Source of the DNA: Bdellovibrio sp.
GTDB lineage: Bacteria; Bdellovibrionota; Bdellovibrionia; Bdellovibrionales; Bdellovibrionaceae
Reading direction: 5' to 3'
DNA length: 64,000 nt
Assembly (NCBI GenBank): GCA_036676395.1
Contig: JAKFCY010000003.1
Location: 352,001 to 416,000, forward strand
A model generated the notes under the pieces. That model had not been told where the DNA came from. It did no database searches and saw nothing but the letters and a program-made list of their open reading frames with translations. The translations under genes and the position numbers were made by a program. This document shows, in pieces, positions 1 to 9,272 of this stretch (the first letter of the stretch is position 1; every line of letters begins with the position of its first letter).

Positions 1-2
1 TT

Positions 3-500
3 ACCTTACCTGATTATAAAAAAGAGATTTATCTATATGACGGTGAAATTCGTGACACTTTAAGTACGCACGTAGCTGCCGATCACGGAGCTGATCTAAT
101 TATCGCCTCATATTCGATGCAACCTTATCACTACGCCGAAGAAATGGGTTCATTACATAAATACGGAATCCCGGCGATTGTGAACCAGGCTTTATATCAA
201 GTGCTTGAACAAAAAGTTGCTCGTGGTATTCAGTATCAGAATCAAAAAAAGAATCTTTACGGCGAACTAAAAAAAATCTGTGTGAGCGAAGGCTTGTCGT
301 CTGAGATCACCAAAAAAATATTAACTGCCGTTGAAAAAACAACCAGCTTTCAACCCAATGTCGACTACGTCTACATCAAGCCACGCCCACAAGATTACGA
401 AATGTTTTTTGCCGACCATTTCTCGCTAAACCCAGCAATTTTAGAAAAGATTCTCTGGATTGGCTTTAAATCGGGATTAAGCACTTTACGTCATCTGTAA
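3..500 (+). CDS. Patatin-like phospholipase family protein, C-terminal part (5' truncated by window edge)
   Basis: The frame is open from base 3: TLPDYKKEIYLYDGEIRDTLSTHVAADHGADLIIAS... This resembles the patatin 'Y.DGG...........GAD.II.V' segment (DGE variant), and the tail VYIKP also fits. Confidence 0.6.
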   Translation, partial: TLPDYKKEIYLYDGEIRDTLSTHVAADHGADLIIASYSMQPYHYAEEMGSLHKYGIPAIVNQALYQVLEQKVARGIQYQNQKKNLYGELKKICVSEGLSSEITKKILTAVEKTTSFQPNVDYVYIKPRPQDYEMFFADHFSLNPAILEKILWIGFKSGLSTLRHL

Positions 501-540
501 ATAGTCTGATCAATCAAAGCCTCTAAAACCTAGCTCTGTT

Positions 541-556
541 TGGAGCCAATATCGCA
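541..556 (+). promoter_or_regulatory. Possible sigma-54 (-24/-12) promoter upstream of the Fic gene
   Basis: TGGAGCCAATATCGCA has GG-N10-GC spacing as in the TGGCACG-N4-TTGCW consensus, about 55 nt before the ATG. Confidence 0.35.
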
Positions 557-610
557 ATATAAACCTCTTAAGAAATTGTCGCGTGTCTGCGACACGACTT
601 GGGAGTTTAT

Positions 611-1762
611 ATGAAAAATTTCACTCTATTTTTTGTCTCATTTTGGATCGGTCTTTCGGCCTATGCAGACTGCGATAGTTTTCTTCAATTACCCCAAGAA
701 GATGCGCGCAAAGCCAGTCTTTATAAGCGGGATTGCGATATCCAAGGTCGCTATCAAAAATTACAAGCTTCTTTTAATTCTGAAGGCATCAACGTCGCAG
801 AACTTGCTGAATATCGCTTGTTACGCTTTGTCGACCGCGGCAGTTATGAAACCGCTAAAAAAACTGAATTGCCACCTTCACAAATTTATAAACCGGCTCC
901 AACCACATGGGAGGTCTGGGATTCCGGAATCAGGGCTCTTTTTGCTGATGATACTCAAGTAGCCGCTTTGCTTTTTAGATCGGGTGGTTTTAACTCAACT
1001 GAAAAAGGTTACGAAAATTTAAACTTCGCCATAATCAACGGGGCTTTATTAAAAAATAATCGTGGCGATATCAGCCGCGATTATTTATCGGGAATAAATC
1101 GTCGCACATCAAAACCTGGAACTTACCGCCAAGCTGGAGATACACAAGTTGGTTGGACCGCAGCGATTCCTGACTGCAAAGACAAAGTGACTTGCGCACA
1201 AAATTCTATGCTTAAAGCCCAACAAAACTGGGAAGTTGAATACGGAATGAACTTTAGTGAAGTCGTCAAAGAATGGAATGGCCAAAAACCAAATGCTGCA
1301 ACACTTACCGTGCCGATGACTGTTACTGCGAGTGATGCAGGAAAATTTTATGTAGCCTATGCGCCAAGCGATATGGTTGCCGCGCAAATTTCATGGTTAG
1401 ATATTTTTATTAAAGCAACGATTGAACGCTATCGCGCGAATAAACCACTTATGCCGCCGATTGAATTTTCTGCCCTCGTGCAAAAGTGGTTAGTTACAAT
1501 TCACCCATTTTCTGATGGCAACGGCAGAACTTCGCGTGCAGTTCAGGATTTTATCTTAGCTACGTTTAAAATGCCCTATGCGCCGGGCGGTGATTTGCAA
1601 AACGATACTTTAGAAGACTTCGATAAATACGTAGATCTTACTTATGATCGTATGGAAAATATGGTTTTGAAACTTGAGGCTTGTGCAGAAGAATACCGCC
1701 AAAAACAAAAACCGTCCTACGGCTGTAGAACGGTTAAAAGTATGGAAACTATAACTAATTAA
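611..1762 (+). CDS. Fic-domain protein with N-terminal signal peptide
   Basis: Canonical Fic motif HPFSDGNGRTSR (1502-1537). Sec-type signal MKNFTLFFVSFWIGLSAYA-D. GGGAG RBS before ATG 611. Confidence 0.85.
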   Translation: MKNFTLFFVSFWIGLSAYADCDSFLQLPQEDARKASLYKRDCDIQGRYQKLQASFNSEGINVAELAEYRLLRFVDRGSYETAKKTELPPSQIYKPAPTTWEVWDSGIRALFADDTQVAALLFRSGGFNSTEKGYENLNFAIINGALLKNNRGDISRDYLSGINRRTSKPGTYRQAGDTQVGWTAAIPDCKDKVTCAQNSMLKAQQNWEVEYGMNFSEVVKEWNGQKPNAATLTVPMTVTASDAGKFYVAYAPSDMVAAQISWLDIFIKATIERYRANKPLMPPIEFSALVQKWLVTIHPFSDGNGRTSRAVQDFILATFKMPYAPGGDLQNDTLEDFDKYVDLTYDRMENMVLKLEACAEEYRQKQKPSYGCRTVKSMETITN

Positions 1763-1765
1763 AAA

Positions 1766-3226
1766 CTAACCTAAGCTTTTTTCAACAAGATCAAATAATG
1801 GACCCGAGAATAAGCCGATCGCGATAATTATAAATGCACAGACAAACACTAAAACTGTTGTCGCATGTAAAGAATGATCTGCAACATCTGCATCGCCGTC
1901 TTTCATGTACATAACAACGATTGGGCGTAAGTAGTAATAAACACTGATGACAGAGTTAATTACACCCCATAAAGCTAACCACACTAACCCTTCGTTTACA
2001 GCAGCGCTAAATAAATAGAACTTACCAAAAAATCCCAATGTTGGCGGAAGACCCGCAAGTGATAACATAAAAATCGTTAAGCACATGGCTAATGCCGGCT
2101 GGTTTTTCGCAAAACCTGCTAAGTCATCAGTATTGATTACCGAATTTTCAGAGCGTTCGATAAGGCTTACAATTGCAAAAGCACCCATCGTCATAATGCT
2201 GTAAGCAAATAGATAGAACAACACGCTTGATGCGCTATACGCTGAATTCTGACTGATGCCCGCCGTAATTAAACCAACTAAGATATAACCAGAATGAGCT
2301 ACTGAAGAATAAGCTAAAGTGCGTTTCAAATTATTTTGCATAATCGCCGCTACATTACCCACCGTCATGGTGATTACGGCTAGCCATTGCATAACATCAA
2401 ATAAATTTTGCGAACCTACTAATGGTTGCGTTGCGATTATACGTAAGAACGCCGCAAATGAAACTGCTTTTACTGCTGTCGCCATAAAAGAAGTTACTGG
2501 CGTAGGAGATCCCTGATAAACATCTGGAGCCCAGGCATGAAACGGAGCAATTGAAACCTTAAAACAAAAACCCAAGATCACAAAAACGATACCAAATAAG
2601 AATAATTTATTTGTTTTTACCAGTGTCGCGGCACTTTGCATGAAATCAGTAATATTTACTGATCCAGAACTTCCGAACACGAAAGATACTCCATATAAGA
2701 AAATCGCCGATGCAAAAGAGCCCAATACGAAATACTTAATTGCAGCTTCTTTTGAAATTTTTTGTTCGTGCGACATCGCAATCATTAAGTATAGGGCTAA
2801 TGACATTAACTCTAAACCGATAAACACCGTAATCAAATTCACAGCGGCAACCAAGATAATCATTCCCAGCACTGAATTTAGTGCTAAGAAAATTAATTCA
2901 GAAAACTGTTTACCGCGTGTCGATGGGTTTTCGTACATCATAATTAAACCGCCGGCCGAAGCCACGATCGCAAGTAATGCTGACCACTGAGTTAAGCCAT
3001 CAAATAATAATTGATTATTAAATGCCGTTCTATCAGAGCCACCAAATACTAATAATAAGCCTGCAGTTAAACCCAGGCCGATTAAAGCAATAACGATTGT
3101 AGCTGCGGGGTTTTGCTCTTTATTGCCACGCAAAACTTTAATCGCAAGCGGGATTAAGCTGAACAAAAACAAAACAATCAGCGGAGAGGCTAATAAAACA
3201 TCTGTAAGACCAACTGTAATATTCAT
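1766..3226 (-). CDS. nuoN: NADH-quinone oxidoreductase subunit N
   Basis: Antiporter-like membrane protein with EAAIKYF, FKVSIAPFHAWAPDVYQG and LAYSSVAH motifs; last gene of the nuo cluster. Confidence 0.95.
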   Translation of the reverse strand: MNITVGLTDVLLASPLIVLFLFSLIPLAIKVLRGNKEQNPAATIVIALIGLGLTAGLLLVFGGSDRTAFNNQLLFDGLTQWSALLAIVASAGGLIMMYENPSTRGKQFSELIFLALNSVLGMIILVAAVNLITVFIGLELMSLALYLMIAMSHEQKISKEAAIKYFVLGSFASAIFLYGVSFVFGSSGSVNITDFMQSAATLVKTNKLFLFGIVFVILGFCFKVSIAPFHAWAPDVYQGSPTPVTSFMATAVKAVSFAAFLRIIATQPLVGSQNLFDVMQWLAVITMTVGNVAAIMQNNLKRTLAYSSVAHSGYILVGLITAGISQNSAYSASSVLFYLFAYSIMTMGAFAIVSLIERSENSVINTDDLAGFAKNQPALAMCLTIFMLSLAGLPPTLGFFGKFYLFSAAVNEGLVWLALWGVINSVISVYYYLRPIVVMYMKDGDADVADHSLHATTVLVFVCAFIIIAIGLFSGPLFDLVEKSLG

Positions 3227-3228
3227 AA

Positions 3229-4755
3229 CTATTTCACCTCAAGAGTGTAGTTGTGTTTGTTAGAGATTAAATGATCAACGCTCTTTTTTGAATAATCCAT
3301 AAAGTGGTTGGGAAAAATCCCCATCCAAAAGATTAAGATAATCAGCGGAGTCATCACAACCCATTCACGTACACTTAAATCATGTAAAGCATGTTCTTTA
3401 TCTTCTTCAGCGTGAGTGACGATTTCACCTTTAGGCCCGAAGAACACACGTTTAACCATCCATAACATATACGCAGCACCCAAGATCACACCCGTTACCG
3501 AAATTCCTGCAGCTAAAGGAGAATATTGATATGTGCCCATTAAGATTAAGAATTCGCCGATGAAACCATTTGTTAGCGGAACCGCGATTGAAGACATCGT
3601 CACAATCACAAACATAATCGTAAAAATCGGAAGTGCACTTGCTAAACCGCCGTATTTAACAATCATACGCGAGTGTGTGCGTTCGTAAATCATACCGATT
3701 AACAGGAATAGCGCGCCTGTCGAAATACCGTGATTTAGCATTTGGTATAAAGCGCCGTTTACACCGTATTGATTCATCACAAAGATTCCTAAAATCACAT
3801 AACCCATGTGCGACACTGAAGAGTACGCTACTAATTTTTTCACATCAGGTTGTACCATCGCAACTAATGCGCCGTACACGATACCGATCACACCAAGAGC
3901 TACGAAAAACCAGGCATAGTATTCTGCAGCTTCAGGAAACAATGGAATCACCCAGCGCAAGTAACAAAATGTACCCATTTTTAACATCACACCCGCAAGA
4001 ACCACCGAACCAGGAGTTGGTGCCTCAACGTGGGCGTCAGGTAACCATGTGTGTAATGGAAAAAGTGGAACTTTAATCGCAAACGCTAGTGCGAAAGCAA
4101 AGAACAATAACGTTTGGGCAGTGAAAAAATCACCGGCCACAAATGGAATTTGTAATTTATAGAAATCAAGTAAGCTGGCACTTACTGCGCCGCCTGTTAC
4201 TTCTGGAGTTAAGCGCATTAAAAAGATAATCGCTAATAACATCAGAACAGATCCGGCCATCGTGTAGATGAAGAACTTGATCGTCGCGTATATTCTGCGA
4301 GCACCGCCCCAGATACCAACGATAAAGTACATCGGAACAAGCGATAATTCCCAGAACACATAGAATAAAACCGCATCCATCGCTAAGAAAGATCCCATCA
4401 TCGCTGTTTGTAAAACAAAAAGCGCAACGTGAAAGCCTTTAACTCTGTCTGTGATTGAATTCCAAGATCCTAAAATAATGATCGGAGTTAAGAACGTTGT
4501 TAGCATAATTAACATTAAGCTAATACCGTCAATCCCGATAAAATATGAAATCCCGAAACGCGGAACCCAAGCGTATTGCTCGGCCATTTGCAGGGCTGCA
4601 GAGGCTTGATCGAAGTTTTTAAGAACTACCAGTGATGCTAAAAACTCGATTAACGATAAACCCAAAGCCAGCTGGCGAATTGTGGTTTTTTGTGGCCAAA
4701 CTGTCAGAATCACCGCAAAAACTAAAGGTAAAAATAAAACAACTGATAACAACAT
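3229..4755 (-). CDS. nuoM: NADH-quinone oxidoreductase subunit M
   Basis: FYVFWE, KVPLFPLHTWLPDAHVEAP and AYSSVSHMG motifs. Confidence 0.95.
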   Translation of the reverse strand: MLLSVVLFLPLVFAVILTVWPQKTTIRQLALGLSLIEFLASLVVLKNFDQASAALQMAEQYAWVPRFGISYFIGIDGISLMLIMLTTFLTPIIILGSWNSITDRVKGFHVALFVLQTAMMGSFLAMDAVLFYVFWELSLVPMYFIVGIWGGARRIYATIKFFIYTMAGSVLMLLAIIFLMRLTPEVTGGAVSASLLDFYKLQIPFVAGDFFTAQTLLFFAFALAFAIKVPLFPLHTWLPDAHVEAPTPGSVVLAGVMLKMGTFCYLRWVIPLFPEAAEYYAWFFVALGVIGIVYGALVAMVQPDVKKLVAYSSVSHMGYVILGIFVMNQYGVNGALYQMLNHGISTGALFLLIGMIYERTHSRMIVKYGGLASALPIFTIMFVIVTMSSIAVPLTNGFIGEFLILMGTYQYSPLAAGISVTGVILGAAYMLWMVKRVFFGPKGEIVTHAEEDKEHALHDLSVREWVVMTPLIILIFWMGIFPNHFMDYSKKSVDHLISNKHNYTLEVK

Positions 4756-4758
4756 CGA

Positions 4759-6693
4759 CTACCTCATCAACACAAATGTTAGAACGACAACGACACCTAA
4801 TCCGATGTACATCGCGTATTGTTGCATGTTTCCAGTTTGAAAAGAGCGAGCTAGCGAGCCCGCGCCTTTTGTCATATCGCTGATCACATGAGTTGTCTTA
4901 TCGATGAAATTCACATCGATATACATCCATAAATTCTGACTTTGTTTAACTAGCGGATTAATGATTCCGGCAAAGTAAGCTTCATCAACAAAATATTTAT
5001 TATTCACAAAGTTATATACAGGACCAAAAGCTTTAGCGATTTGTTCGTTTGTGCCTTTGTTGTTTGTGTAAATACGGTAAGCTGTAAAAGCAGAAATTAA
5101 GGCTAATGAAACCGAAGTTGCCATTAAACCCCACTCTTCAGCAGCCGTGTGTGGTGCTCCTGTTTCAGGAAGTTTGCGAATTAAAGGATCTAACCAGTCA
5201 GCCCAGTAATTTGGAATGTGCCCTAAATACTCACCGATCACGTGTGGAACACCAATGAATCCACCAATAACAGATAAAATAGCTAAGATAATTAGTGGAA
5301 TCGTCATGATCGCAGGGCTTTCATGTGGATGCACTGATTTAGGAACTCTTGAACCACCCCAGAAAGTTAACGCCATTAAACGAGTCATGTAGAACGCAGT
5401 TAATAACGCACCGGCAACGCCAGCGATCCATAAGAAAACGCTACCGCGTGGAGAAGCGTAAGCTTGCCATAAGATTTCATCTTTAGAAAAGAAACCTGAA
5501 AATAACGGAAATCCGATAATCGCAAGCCATCCCATTAAGAATGTAAAATGCGTGATCGGTAAATATTTTTTAAGGCCACCCATTTTGCGAATGTCTTGTT
5601 CTTCGTGCATCGCGTGGATCACTGAACCAGAACCCAAGAACATTAACGCTTTAAAAAATGCGTGAGTCATTAAATGCATCATGCCCGCGCCGAATGCGCC
5701 AACACCCACAGCTAAGAACATATAACCAAGCTGAGACACTGTTGAATAAGCTAATACTTTTTTAATATCAAACTGGGTTAAACCAATTGTTGCTGCCATC
5801 ACCGCAGTCACCGCACCAACGATTGCAATCACCATCATTGTATTTGGCGCTGCTACGAACATTGGGTTTAAGCGCACGATCATGTAAACACCCGCCGTCA
5901 CCATCGTCGCCGCATGGATTAACGCAGATACCGGCGTTGGACCCGCCATCGCATCAGGTAGCCAAACATAAAGCGGAACCTGCGCTGATTTTCCAGTCGC
6001 GCCGATGAACAGCATGAGTGTTCCCAGCGTGGCTGCGCCCATCCAGCTTGCTTCAACAGTAGTTGGAGCTAACGCGTTTAATTCGAACATATTTAATGTG
6101 CCGAACGAAAAGAACAAAATAAACATACCGATAATAAAAGCCGCATCACCAATACGATTTGTGATAAAGGCTTTCATGCCGGCTGCAGCTTTAGCAGAAT
6201 CAGAGAACCAAAAACCAATGAGTAAGTAAGAACAAAGGCCGACGCCTTCCCAACCAACGAACATTGTTAATAATGAATCACCTAATACTAGAATTAACAT
6301 GTTGAAGATAAAAAGATTTAAATACGCAAAGTATTTAGTAACACCTTTATCGTGGTGCATGTAACCAATCGAAAATAAGTGAATCAATGAGCCTACGCCC
6401 GTAATGATTAAAATCATAATTGAGCTGATCTGATCGACGACAAAGCCCGCATTAACTTTAAAACCACCTACCGCGATCCATTCAAAAAAGTTAGCAGCCA
6501 ATCGTCTTTGATCTACTGGGGCGTTGATCAAATCAATCATCAACATCACAGAACAGATAAAAGAAACAAACACGGCACCCGTGGCAATCGATCCGGCTAA
6601 AATATAGTTAGACGAACGAAAACGGACTCCGTTTAAAATAAATCCCACCAAAGGGCTTAGTAATAATATTGCAATCAATGCTTCATGACTCAT
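4759..6693 (-). CDS. nuoL: NADH-quinone oxidoreductase subunit L
   Basis: GWEGVG, GKSAQVPLYVWLPDAMAGPTPVSALIHAATMV and HAFFKAL motifs. Confidence 0.95.
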   Translation of the reverse strand: MSHEALIAILLLSPLVGFILNGVRFRSSNYILAGSIATGAVFVSFICSVMLMIDLINAPVDQRRLAANFFEWIAVGGFKVNAGFVVDQISSIMILIITGVGSLIHLFSIGYMHHDKGVTKYFAYLNLFIFNMLILVLGDSLLTMFVGWEGVGLCSYLLIGFWFSDSAKAAAGMKAFITNRIGDAAFIIGMFILFFSFGTLNMFELNALAPTTVEASWMGAATLGTLMLFIGATGKSAQVPLYVWLPDAMAGPTPVSALIHAATMVTAGVYMIVRLNPMFVAAPNTMMVIAIVGAVTAVMAATIGLTQFDIKKVLAYSTVSQLGYMFLAVGVGAFGAGMMHLMTHAFFKALMFLGSGSVIHAMHEEQDIRKMGGLKKYLPITHFTFLMGWLAIIGFPLFSGFFSKDEILWQAYASPRGSVFLWIAGVAGALLTAFYMTRLMALTFWGGSRVPKSVHPHESPAIMTIPLIILAILSVIGGFIGVPHVIGEYLGHIPNYWADWLDPLIRKLPETGAPHTAAEEWGLMATSVSLALISAFTAYRIYTNNKGTNEQIAKAFGPVYNFVNNKYFVDEAYFAGIINPLVKQSQNLWMYIDVNFIDKTTHVISDMTKGAGSLARSFQTGNMQQYAMYIGLGVVVVLTFVLMR

Positions 6694-6699
6694 TTTAAA

Positions 6700-7026
6700 T
6701 TACCCCTTCAAGTGTTCAAAGAATCTGATATTAACTTCTTTGAAGCGTTTAAAGATTGATACCGCTAATGCCAAACCAACTGCTGCTTCAGCCGCTGCGA
6801 TTGTCATTACAAAGAAAACCATAATTTGGCCTTCGATGTTGTTGTTGTATTTTGAAAATGCCACGAAGCTGATGTTCACGGCGTTCAACATTAATTCAAC
6901 TGACATTAATAAAACGATCAAGTTACGGCGAAGTAATACTCCTGCCATACCCATAGAAAAGATAACCGCTGATAACACTAAGTAGTGTTCAAGACCGATT
7001 GTTGTAAAAATATTAGTCTCTGGCAT
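6700..7026 (-). CDS. nuoK: NADH-quinone oxidoreductase subunit K
   Basis: [17 protein letters not shown] and [10 protein letters not shown] motifs. Confidence 0.95.
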   Translation of the reverse strand: MPETNIFTTIGLEHYLVLSAVIFSMGMAGVLLRRNLIVLLMSVELMLNAVNISFVAFSKYNNNIEGQIMVFFVMTIAAAEAAVGLALAVSIFKRFKEVNIRFFEHLKG

Positions 7027-7555
7027 GTGTGCCCCCTCTGCTGCGTGATAGCGCTACAGTTCCAACTGCAATTACTAAAAGTAAAACGCCCAAAGCTTCA
7101 AAGCCAAAAACGTTTTGTAAAAATAAGTTTTGTGCTAACGCCATCGTGTTGTCGGCGTAGGTTTTTCCGGTATCCGCATCTGCTTGCGTTTTTTGCGATA
7201 ACTCAATCGCCTTGGTGCTTAGTGTGATCGCGCCAACAACTAATCCCGCTAAAATTCCGACCGAAGCAATCTTAACTGCTCCCGTAATTTTACCGCGCGT
7301 GAACGCTTGGATTTCGTGTTTCAAATCGAAAAGCATGATGACCATGACGAATAAAACCATCACCGCACCAGCATAAACGATCAATTGCACGCCAGCTAAA
7401 AAGAAAGCGCCTAAAGTTACAAACAAAGCTGATACACCCACCATCGTCATCGCTAGTGAAAGCGCTGAGTAGATCGGGTTAGACATCAGAACTACAGATA
7501 GCCCTGCACCAACAGTTACAAAAGCTAAAAACCAAAACAAGATTGCATCAGTCAC
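7013..7555 (-). CDS. nuoJ: NADH-quinone oxidoreductase subunit J
   Basis: NPIYSAL and [19 protein letters not shown] motifs; GTG start. Confidence 0.93.
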   Translation of the reverse strand: MTDAILFWFLAFVTVGAGLSVVLMSNPIYSALSLAMTMVGVSALFVTLGAFFLAGVQLIVYAGAVMVLFVMVIMLFDLKHEIQAFTRGKITGAVKIASVGILAGLVVGAITLSTKAIELSQKTQADADTGKTYADNTMALAQNLFLQNVFGFEALGVLLLVIAVGTVALSRSRGGTHARD

Positions 7556-7569
7556 AAATTCCTACTTTC

Positions 7570-8706
7570 TTAGAACGCAAATTGCGCCGCTGCGAAAATT
7601 ACAATTGAAGTTAAAATCGTGTTAGCCAACGCCCATGGAAGCATGGTTTTCCAACCAAGATCCATTAATTGGTCATATCTAAAACGCGGAAGAGTCCAGC
7701 GAACATGGATGAAGATCCAAAGCAGAATTAAGAATTTAACATTGTACATCAAGAAGTGAAGCACAGTGTTTAAAACATTCGTTAAATCAGCAGAGAAACC
7801 AAAAGAGGCTAACCAGTCATGAACGCCCTGAACCGTTGTCCACGGAATGTTGTACCCACCTAAAAAGAAAGTCGCAAACAAACCAGAAGCAATCATCATG
7901 TGACCGTACTCGCCAATGAAGAACATTAACATTTTAAAGCCGCCGTACTCAGTGTGGAATCCGGCAACCAACTCTGCTTCGCCTTCAGCCAAGTCGAAAG
8001 GTAAACGATTTGATTCGGCAAAAGCTGCTGCAAAGAAAATTAAAGCGCCAAGCGGTTGAAAGAAAATTCCCCAGTTGGGTAGCGGCATTGTTAGGGTGCT
8101 GCCAAATCCGTTGAACGTTAAAAAACCTTGTTGCTGGGCAATCATCTCGCTTAGGTTAAACGTTCCGTAAGTCATGATCACGCCAACGATCGAAAGACCC
8201 AGCGCTAATTCGTAAGAAATAATTTGAGCTGATGCGCGCATCGCTCCCATTAAGGCAAACTTACTTCCCGAGCCCCAGCCCGCCATCAAAATAGTGTATG
8301 CTGCCAAAGACGAAACACCTAAAATGAAAACGATACCGACGTTAACTTCAAAACCTTGAATTAAAAATTTTGAATCGCCGATAAGAAGTGGCGTCGACAT
8401 TGGAATCGCCATGTAAGCAATTGAAGCCGGAATTAAAGCAAAAATCGGAGCCGCATAGAATAAATATTTATTGCCTTTATCTGGTACGAAATCTTCTTTA
8501 GTTAAGAATTTTACGGCATCTGCAAGAAGCTGCATTAAACCCAAGGGCCCGATACGATTTGGACCAAAACGATTTTGAATAAACGCAGACCCGCGACGCT
8601 CGACCCAAACTAAAATTGGAACAAGCTGAACCATCATTAAGAAAACTAAAACAGTTTTCACGACGTTGATTGTAATTTCAAAAGGAGTACTTCCCATATC
8701 CATCAT
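7570..8706 (-). CDS. nuoH: NADH-quinone oxidoreductase subunit H
   Basis: ERR..AFIQNRFGPNRIG, ESNRLPFDLAEGEAELVAGFHTEY and LPRFRYDQLM motifs. Confidence 0.95.
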   Translation of the reverse strand: MMDMGSTPFEITINVVKTVLVFLMMVQLVPILVWVERRGSAFIQNRFGPNRIGPLGLMQLLADAVKFLTKEDFVPDKGNKYLFYAAPIFALIPASIAYMAIPMSTPLLIGDSKFLIQGFEVNVGIVFILGVSSLAAYTILMAGWGSGSKFALMGAMRASAQIISYELALGLSIVGVIMTYGTFNLSEMIAQQQGFLTFNGFGSTLTMPLPNWGIFFQPLGALIFFAAAFAESNRLPFDLAEGEAELVAGFHTEYGGFKMLMFFIGEYGHMMIASGLFATFFLGGYNIPWTTVQGVHDWLASFGFSADLTNVLNTVLHFLMYNVKFLILLWIFIHVRWTLPRFRYDQLMDLGWKTMLPWALANTILTSIVIFAAAQFAF

Positions 8707-8719
8707 AAATTAGTTTCCT

Positions 8720-9091
8720 TTAGTCCCACTCAAGAGCTTTAGATTTGATTTCCCACCATAGACCGAAAATGAAAATCGCTAAGAAGATTGCCATTGATCC
8801 AAAAACAAAAGGCCCGGCGCCCGAGTGAATAAACTCTTTGAAACCAACTGCCCATGGGTACATAAAAATAATTTCGATATCGAACAGAATGAACAAGATC
8901 GCCGTTAAGTAAAACTTAACAGAAATTTTAGTGTCCTTTTTTTCTTGTTCTGGAATACCACATTCGTAGATTTCCATTTTAGCTTCGCTAGTGCGTTTTG
9001 CGCGGCCACCCGTCCAACGTGCTAGGTAAATTAAAATTACCCCAAACACACCGATGAAAAGCGTGATAAAAATGATCCCACCTAAAGGCAT
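8720..9091 (-). CDS. nuoA: NADH-quinone oxidoreductase subunit A
   Basis: YECG, FYLTAILFILFDIE and ALEW motifs; GGAGG RBS. Confidence 0.93.
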   Translation of the reverse strand: MPLGGIIFITLFIGVFGVILIYLARWTGGRAKRTSEAKMEIYECGIPEQEKKDTKISVKFYLTAILFILFDIEIIFMYPWAVGFKEFIHSGAGPFVFGSMAIFLAIFIFGLWWEIKSKALEWD

Positions 9092-9272
9092 CTTGCCTCC
9101 TTATTTTAATGAATAGTTTTAACTACTTAGTTATACAAAGCGTTCAGTTAAAAACCAAATGAAAAAGCTCAGATTTGGACTGCCAAATTATTGTTTCGCG
9201 AATGGTGTTTCGTGGATGACGAAAGAATATTTTTTTGGCAACATCCAAAAAGTTTTTAGGAAGATCATCAAA

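Noticed and set aside
2319..6985. Plus-strand ORFs antisense to nuo genes (and similar short ORFs opposite atp, mnmE, yidC, gyrB, etf, sdh)
   Set aside because: These are shadow ORFs of well-supported genes, with no RBS or motifs.
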